DNA of 42,435 nt, taken from positions 1-42,435 of IMG/VR virus record IMGVR_UViG_3300032321_000458; one strand, 5' to 3'. This document shows, in pieces, positions 37,707 through 42,435 of the stretch (positions are counted from its first letter, which is position 1; each line of letters opens with the position of its first letter). The stretch comes from a virus (taxonomy: Duplodnaviria > Caudoviricetes). Under the pieces are notes generated by a model. It had not been told where the DNA came from and did no database searches. It worked only from the letters and a program-made list of their open reading frames with translations. The position numbers and the translations under genes were made by a program.

Positions 37707-37903
37707 TGGCTTCAAAGAACAATATTACTGGTGATAGTATTCTATCTAAAGTATCCTCAAAGGCTTTTGATGAGGGTTATGACAGAATATGGGGTAATAA
37801 AAAGAAAAATGCTGATACTCCATCTGATGGAGAACAGCGTCTAAATCATGAAGGTAAACTTGAATCATATTATGGAGGAAGTTGGAATGTCAAAGAAACG
37901 TGA
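37706..37903 (+). CDS. Small hypothetical phage protein
   Basis: MASKNNITGDSILSK...FDEGYDRIWG; TAATG-coupled. Confidence 0.65.
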   Translation: MASKNNITGDSILSKVSSKAFDEGYDRIWGNKKKNADTPSDGEQRLNHEGKLESYYGGSWNVKET

Positions 37904-38111
37904 TGAAATGCCAAGGTTAGATGTAGAATTAGCAATTAATGCCAGCCCATTTAACGGCAACAGATACTTATTCATTTTAGAGTCTTCTAGACAAGCTAGA
38001 GAAATTGCAAAAAGACGCAATCATTTAGACAGACAAAATGAAAAGCTTAATTTTTACGGTTATAAACCTATCAATCAGGCAATAAAAGATATTATTGATG
38101 AAGCATCCTAA
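37887..38111 (+). CDS. RNA polymerase omega subunit (RpoZ)-like protein
   Basis: MPRLDVELAI...NRYLFILESSRQAREI...KPINQAIKDI parallels RpoZ MARVTVED...NRFDLVLVAARRARQ...KPTVIALREI. SD GGAGG before ATG 37887. Confidence 0.6.
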   Translation: MSKKRDEMPRLDVELAINASPFNGNRYLFILESSRQAREIAKRRNHLDRQNEKLNFYGYKPINQAIKDIIDEAS

Positions 38112-38207
38112 TTATACCAAAAGAGAATGGGATAGGGTATGCGGTATCGGCAGTCCTCCACCACCATTAACTTGTATGCAAAAATTCAAAAAATTAATCC
38201 GTCGGAT

Positions 38208-38215
38208 TATAAATA
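38208..38215 (+). promoter_or_regulatory. T4-type late promoter upstream of hsp20
   Basis: TATAAATA just before the structured leader. Confidence 0.7.
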
Positions 38216-38220
38216 AGATT

Positions 38221-38296
38221 AGATAGGAAACTATCTACCTACTGCCTTCGGGGGTAGGATTTTGTTAAACTCGCTTAATTAAGGAGAAACTATATG
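38221..38296 (+). promoter_or_regulatory. ROSE-like RNA thermometer in the hsp20 5' UTR
   Basis: Hairpins AGATAG-GAAA-CTATCT and CCTAC..CC-TTCG-GG..GTAGG, then CTC-G-CTT/AAG-GAG pairing that sequesters the SD with a bulged G (UCGCU motif). Confidence 0.7.
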
Positions 38297-38791
38297 CGAA
38301 CAACAAATGTTTCATTTGGCCCTATTTGGCCATCATCAGTTGGTTTTGATAACATTATCAATGAGCTAGACACTCTATTGAATGCTCAAGCACCAACATC
38401 AACCTTCCCACCTCATAATATTATTAAAGTTGATGACTATAACTACATCGTAGAATTAGCTATCGCAGGCTTTAATAAACAAGAGGTAACTATCACCCTT
38501 AAAGATTCATTACTTGAGATCAAAGGACAAAAAAATCCTGAAGATGAAGTACAGTATCTACATAAGGGTATTGGTACAAGATCATTCGTTAAGACCATCA
38601 AACTTGCTGACACAGTAGAAGTAGTTGGATCAGCTGAGTTCCAAAATGGTATCTTACGCATTGCTCTTTGTAATGTTATTCCTGACTCTAAGAAGCCTCG
38701 CACAATCGAGATTACAGACGGTTTACCACCAGCTGCTAATATCGAACGTGTTAGAGAGTTATTAGCTGAAAGAGATAATTCAGATAGTTAA
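38294..38791 (+). CDS. Small heat-shock protein Hsp20 (IbpA-like)
   Basis: FPPHNIIK, VELAIAGF, YLHKGIGTRSF, AEFQNGILRI and KKPRTIEI. Confidence 0.95.
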   Translation: MRTTNVSFGPIWPSSVGFDNIINELDTLLNAQAPTSTFPPHNIIKVDDYNYIVELAIAGFNKQEVTITLKDSLLEIKGQKNPEDEVQYLHKGIGTRSFVKTIKLADTVEVVGSAEFQNGILRIALCNVIPDSKKPRTIEITDGLPPAANIERVRELLAERDNSDS

Positions 38792-38797
38792 AAGGAG

Positions 38798-38818
38798 AGG
38801 GAGGGTAACCTCCCTTTT
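38798..38818 (+). terminator. Rho-independent terminator after hsp20
   Basis: AGGGAGG-GTAA-CCTCCCT followed by TTT. Confidence 0.8.
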
Positions 38819-38827
38819 CATAAATAT

Positions 38828-39052
38828 ATGATGAAAGACAAGTTGATCAAAGATTTAGTTTCCTATCCTTTTATTAGGAGAGGCAACTATCAAATGAAGA
38901 TTTCGATCTTCAAAAATATGAGTGTAGTCATAGTAGCTCATCATGTGCTAGATCTTGATAAGTTCTTTGTGAAACACTTTGGCAATTTAGAAGAAGCAGC
39001 AGATTTTATTGAATATACTATTTTAAAGGACGAACAAGATGGCAGATATTAA
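38828..39052 (+). CDS. Hypothetical protein
   Basis: 74-aa ORF overlapping the next gene. Confidence 0.55.
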   Translation: MMKDKLIKDLVSYPFIRRGNYQMKISIFKNMSVVIVAHHVLDLDKFFVKHFGNLEEAADFIEYTILKDEQDGRY

Positions 39053-39347
39053 ATTAATTAAGTTTAACTCAGGTGAAGAAATTATTTGTGAACTAATCTC
39101 AGCAGGTGAAACCGCAAAAGTTATTAAAAACGGTGTCACACTTGTTTATCACCAAACAAAAGAAGGTACAGTTTCAGTCGGATTCTCTCCATTCATGCCT
39201 TATCATGAAGGTACTATTGCAATTTATGACTTATCTATTACTGCAGTAACTGATGTTAAAAAAGAATTATTAAGCGAATACAATCGCATATACGGTTCAG
39301 GTATCGTTTTAGCTGGAGCAAACGACGCTGAATTTAAATTAAAATAA
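39039..39347 (+). CDS. Conserved T4-like hypothetical protein
   Basis: IKLIKFNSGEEIICEL, FSPFMPY and EYNRIYGSGIV; typical neighbour of hsp20 in aquatic T4-like phages. Confidence 0.7.
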   Translation: MADIKLIKFNSGEEIICELISAGETAKVIKNGVTLVYHQTKEGTVSVGFSPFMPYHEGTIAIYDLSITAVTDVKKELLSEYNRIYGSGIVLAGANDAEFKLK

Positions 39348-39350
39348 CAG

Positions 39351-39379
39351 TTTACTTTAATTCTATATTATGATATAAT
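39351..39379 (+). promoter_or_regulatory. Early/middle-type promoter
   Basis: TTTACT-TTAA..., 17-nt spacer, TATAAT. Confidence 0.75.
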
Positions 39380-39421
39380 GTTCTTAATGGCAGACATTGC
39401 CAGTATTTCGGAGAATATATT

Positions 39422-39586
39422 ATGAAAAGTAAACATGAATATCTAATTAGAGTATTTCGTCAAGATGGTTCTAATTTCTTAGATAAGTTTTTATGTAAAC
39501 GTGATGCTCTTGAAATGATTGGTGCTATCAATCAGCGCCATAAAGAAACTGGCCTTAGAGCACGACTTGAAGGACCAGCCAAGTGA
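39422..39586 (+). CDS. Small hypothetical protein (54 aa, not in ORF track)
   Basis: SD GGAG; MKSKHEYLIRVFRQDGSNF...LEGPAK; stop overlaps the next GTG. Confidence 0.6.
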   Translation: MKSKHEYLIRVFRQDGSNFLDKFLCKRDALEMIGAINQRHKETGLRARLEGPAK

Positions 39587-39942
39587 TCATTTATCCTTAC
39601 ATTCCTAAACGCAAACCACGAAAGCCTACTGCTAAGCAGCGGGCTCAACGTGCTTCATGGCAAGCTTTATTAGAAAAGTATGATATTAAACCAACTGGAA
39701 AAGATATACGGAAAGTCACCCGTGTGGCTGCAATTGACCATCCACTTGTTGTGGTTGATCCTAAACGTTCTACCAACAGTATTCCTAGCGTGGATACTGG
39801 GGCTGGTGTAGCAGCTAAAAAACCAGTTCAACAATATACTGGTGATGCTATGATTGGCATTGGTCAACTACACAAAAGTAATGCAATACCTATATTTCAA
39901 GCGGAAGACGCGATTGATATTTCAAAAATGAGGAGAGGATAA
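39583..39942 (+). CDS. Basic conserved hypothetical phage protein
   Basis: C-terminal YTGDAMIGIGQLHKSNAIPIF...ISKMRRG. Confidence 0.65.
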   Translation: MIIYPYIPKRKPRKPTAKQRAQRASWQALLEKYDIKPTGKDIRKVTRVAAIDHPLVVVDPKRSTNSIPSVDTGAGVAAKKPVQQYTGDAMIGIGQLHKSNAIPIFQAEDAIDISKMRRG

Positions 39943-40169
39943 TGCCCGAAAAAGACTGGAGAACAGATAATTGGGCTGGACATAAGCCAACTAAATGGAA
40001 TTATAATGACCCTAACTTACACTTTCCGCGCAGCACTAAAGAAATTGGATGGGGAGATTATGAACCAAATTTTATTAGTCCTAAATCAAAATCTGATAGT
40101 ATCAATTGGTGGATTGTAGGATTCTTTGTCTTGCTGTTCTTATTACTACATAATCTTGGAGCAATCTAA
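39942..40169 (+). CDS. Hypothetical protein with C-terminal TM helix
   Basis: TAATG-coupled; WWIVGFFVLLFLLL. Confidence 0.55.
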   Translation: MPEKDWRTDNWAGHKPTKWNYNDPNLHFPRSTKEIGWGDYEPNFISPKSKSDSINWWIVGFFVLLFLLLHNLGAI

Positions 40170-40381
40170 TGAATTATAAATGGACTGGACCAAATGCTAT
40201 TGGTGAAAATTTCTTATTTAATGATGATGGAATGATAATTGGTGAAGTTGTACATCATGAAGGTTCAGGTGTATATTCAGCATCTTATGGTTCTATAGAT
40301 TCAGAAGATCTAGGAAGATATGTAACACTAGAAGCTGCTCAAAGAGCAGTTGAAGCTGAACATGCTTGGAGGCACCGATAA
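40169..40381 (+). CDS. Hypothetical protein
   Basis: TAATG-coupled 70-aa ORF. Confidence 0.55.
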   Translation: MNYKWTGPNAIGENFLFNDDGMIIGEVVHHEGSGVYSASYGSIDSEDLGRYVTLEAAQRAVEAEHAWRHR

Positions 40382-40545
40382 TGGTTATTAAATTAGACCT
40401 AAACGAAATTCCTGATGAACTCTATAATCAATTATTGATGGAGTTCGTCAAGAAAGCTATACTCGAAGGAATTGATGTTCCTAGAGGTTCTAAGATAGAA
40501 AATTGGGATCTATCTGCAGAAATTCAAATTCCCAGTTTACATTAA
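40381..40545 (+). CDS. Small hypothetical protein (54 aa, not in ORF track)
   Basis: TAATG overlap and SD GGAGG; MVIKLDLNEIPDELYNQLL...IPSLH. Confidence 0.6.
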   Translation: MVIKLDLNEIPDELYNQLLMEFVKKAILEGIDVPRGSKIENWDLSAEIQIPSLH

Positions 40546-40564
40546 ATCTATTATTTGATATAAT
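40536..40564 (+). promoter_or_regulatory. Early/middle-type promoter
   Basis: TTTACA-TTAA..., 17-nt spacer, TATAAT. Confidence 0.75.
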
Positions 40565-40607
40565 GTATTAGTAGTAAAGTTCTTATTTTAATTTTGAGGA
40601 GTATATT

Positions 40608-40943
40608 ATGAAAAAAAGTATTATTGCTTTATTTGCTTTAACAAGTTCTTATGTCTATGCAGATGAAACTGTTGGTACTATTGTATCAATTCAACCTGCT
40701 ACAAAAATAGAACAAAATATATCATCTAATCAAAGTATTGACATGTTTGATATTAGAGAAGTTACTGATCATGACAAAAACTTTGTTACTGTGGAAACAC
40801 CAAACAAAAATCGTCATACTTTTATTATTGAATCTAAGTACGATTTAAAAGTTGGTCAAGCCATTGATGTTGTAGTTGATGAAAAGATCAAAGACAATGT
40901 TGCAAATGTAGCTCAGGCTAAAGAAACTTTAGCTTCTAAGTAA
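40608..40943 (+). CDS. Hypothetical secreted protein
   Basis: SD GAGGAG; signal peptide MKKSIIALFALTSSYVYA. Confidence 0.65.
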   Translation: MKKSIIALFALTSSYVYADETVGTIVSIQPATKIEQNISSNQSIDMFDIREVTDHDKNFVTVETPNKNRHTFIIESKYDLKVGQAIDVVVDEKIKDNVANVAQAKETLASK

Positions 40944-41093
40944 TTGGATCTAGAAAAGCTATATGAGGAGATGGAAGCCTTCTTTGAAGATAGGCTTCCT
41001 AATCCTGAGACAGAACCTAGAAGAGCTTTATCTTATATAAAAATCTTTAAACATGTGAGGAATATAAATAATAATGACCACAAGTCAACTTAA
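40944..41093 (+). CDS. Small hypothetical protein (49 aa from TTG; alternative ATG 40971)
   Basis: Open frame MDLEKLYEEMEAFFEDRLPNPETEPRRALSYIKIFK... fills the gap. Confidence 0.45.
   Translation: MDLEKLYEEMEAFFEDRLPNPETEPRRALSYIKIFKHVRNINNNDHKST
41063..41070 (+). promoter_or_regulatory. T4-type late promoter
   Basis: TATAAATA upstream of ORF 41116. Confidence 0.55.
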
Positions 41094-41115
41094 TAACTCC
41101 CACAAGGATAAAGAA

Positions 41116-41280
41116 ATGGAATTCAAAAAGAATGACGAAGTAGTTGTCGTCGATGAAACAAAAACTACAGTATTTGAAGCAAAACAACTCGATCCTGTTA
41201 CTCCATGTGATCCAACAATAGTAAAAGATGTAAAACTATGTAATAAGCGATGGATGGAATCTTTATCAGACTGTGCATAA
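41116..41280 (+). CDS. Small hypothetical protein with three C-terminal Cys
   Basis: SD AAGGA before ATG 41116; ...TPCDP...KLCNKRWMESLSDCA. Confidence 0.55.
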   Translation: MEFKKNDEVVVVDETKTTVFEAKQLDPVTPCDPTIVKDVKLCNKRWMESLSDCA

Positions 41281-41308
41281 AATAATTGAAAAATAAGTGA
41301 AATAATTG

Positions 41309-41337
41309 TTTACATTAAATCGACTTTATAGTATAAT
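41309..41337 (+). promoter_or_regulatory. Early/middle-type promoter
   Basis: TTTACA-TTAA..., 17-nt spacer, TATAAT. Confidence 0.75.
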
Positions 41338-41372
41338 TATCTTACGGTAATAAATTATTTGGAGAGATAATT

Positions 41373-41603
41373 ATGAATAAAGTGATAGTAAATCAGTTCG
41401 GCGAAAAGTACTTAGTACCAGCAGAACATGCAGCAAAATTCAATCGTAGATCTGAACTAGTTTTATTAGCAATTGACTTAGAAAAAGCTATAAAATCAGT
41501 TCAAGACTCTACAAATCTTAAAAAAGTTCTTAGAGAAACAATGGAATCAATTCGAAGAATCAATCGTCGAATTCCTGCAGGTTGTGCGGAGGTGTTAAGA
41601 TGA
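41373..41603 (+). CDS. Hypothetical protein
   Basis: SD GGAG; first gene after the promoter. Confidence 0.6.
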   Translation: MNKVIVNQFGEKYLVPAEHAAKFNRRSELVLLAIDLEKAIKSVQDSTNLKKVLRETMESIRRINRRIPAGCAEVLR

Positions 41604-41854
41604 GAATCTCTACATCTTATATCATGACCATCGACCCAAATTCAGCGGTTGACATAGAAAAATTATCAATCATTAAACAAGCAGTTTCTATTGCTAATCA
41701 AGGTAGAGACAAAAAGAAATACGTTAAACTTCATGGACGTGGTGCTCGTAGACCAATCGCTAAGCAATTAGGCTTAAGTAAATATAGATTCGATCAAGAG
41801 CTTCCATTAAGATTTGCCCAAAGAATGGATGTGTATATCTATGATAAACGATAA
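41600..41854 (+). CDS. Hypothetical basic protein
   Basis: SD GGAGGT before ATG 41600 (ATGA overlap). Confidence 0.6.
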   Translation: MRISTSYIMTIDPNSAVDIEKLSIIKQAVSIANQGRDKKKYVKLHGRGARRPIAKQLGLSKYRFDQELPLRFAQRMDVYIYDKR

Positions 41855-42065
41855 ACTCGAACAGTTCGAAGAACTCTGTAAAGAGCATGATCTTACCTAT
41901 AGTTATGCAGATGATTATCGAGACTATGTAAGAGGTAAACATAGTTATAACATGATTATGGAATTATCTGAACAGATTCCTTATTATGAAGCTCGTAATA
42001 TCTGGAATAAGTATGTTATGGAAAAATTGAATGTTGAATATGTAGAAGAATATCTATGGAAATGA
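41841..42065 (+). CDS. Hypothetical protein
   Basis: HDLTYSYADDYRDY motif; overlaps the ligase start. Confidence 0.55.
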   Translation: MINDKLEQFEELCKEHDLTYSYADDYRDYVRGKHSYNMIMELSEQIPYYEARNIWNKYVMEKLNVEYVEEYLWK

Positions 42066-42435
42066 TAGATATTTTAGACAACTTGGCGGCTAATCCGTCA
42101 AGAAATTATAAGATTGATTTACTTCAAGAGCACGCTGGTAATACTCTCCTACGCGAACTGGTTCGGCTTGCTCTTGACCCTTTTACGCAGTTCTATATTA
42201 GAAAGATTCCAAAGTATGAAGCTAATGGTGATAATACATTATCTCATGCGATGGATCAATTATTTGAATTAAGCAGTAGGCTTAAAACAGGCAATGCGGG
42301 CATCGAGCATCTCACTGAGGTTCTTTCATCACTCTCTCCGAAAAATGCTATGGTCATTGAACGTATCATAGCAAAAGATCTGAAGTGCGGTGTCTCGATC
42401 GCAACCGCTAATACAATTTGGCCAGGATTAATTAA
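42062..42435 (+). CDS. gp30: ATP-dependent DNA ligase gp30, N-terminal part (runs off the window)
   Basis: MIDILDNLAANPSRNYKIDLL...QFYIRKIP...IIAKDLKCGVSIATANTIWPGLI resembles the T4 ligase N-terminus (RDLECGASVSIANKVWPGLI). No stop before the window end. Confidence 0.85.
   Translation, partial: MIDILDNLAANPSRNYKIDLLQEHAGNTLLRELVRLALDPFTQFYIRKIPKYEANGDNTLSHAMDQLFELSSRLKTGNAGIEHLTEVLSSLSPKNAMVIERIIAKDLKCGVSIATANTIWPGLI

Noticed and set aside
2842-39867. All minus-strand ORFs in the track and short alternate-frame plus ORFs (e.g. 766, 2556, 15561, 20626, 27895, 34155)
   Set aside because: They overlap well-supported plus-strand genes and have no SD or recognisable motifs; they are shadow ORFs.

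Overview
An AT-rich, essentially all plus-strand segment of a large T4-like myovirus genome. It carries the neck/terminase/tail/head module (gp13-15, gp17-23), gp3-uvsY-uvsW-gp55-gp47-gp46, gp45-gp44-gp62-regA and the 5' end of DNA ligase (gp30). Accessory region 1 (0.5-9.6 kb) holds two fused glycosyltransferases, a tail-fibre chaperone-like gene, a radical SAM/SPASM enzyme, a full-length TonB-dependent receptor and a TctA-type permease. Accessory region 2 (29.8-33.1 kb) holds a secreted TonB C-terminal domain, DUF932 and a dATP/dGTP diphosphohydrolase-like gene. Accessory region 3 (36.1-42 kb) holds an unannotated 23-aa PQQ precursor peptide (PqqA, MWTTPAATEMRFGFEVTMYVMNK) with its own promoter, structured leader and terminator, then bS21, an Hc1-like protein, an RpoZ-like protein and an Hsp20 with a ROSE-like thermometer. 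The PqqA type suggests a Methylophilaceae (methylotroph) host (inference). Two promoter classes are visible: T4 late TATAAATA, and an 11-copy TKTACW-TTAA-N13-TATAAT motif with one extra antisense copy. The first ~115 nt are a GC-rich foreign fragment, probably a chimeric contig end. All calls are from manual reading; no database searches were run.
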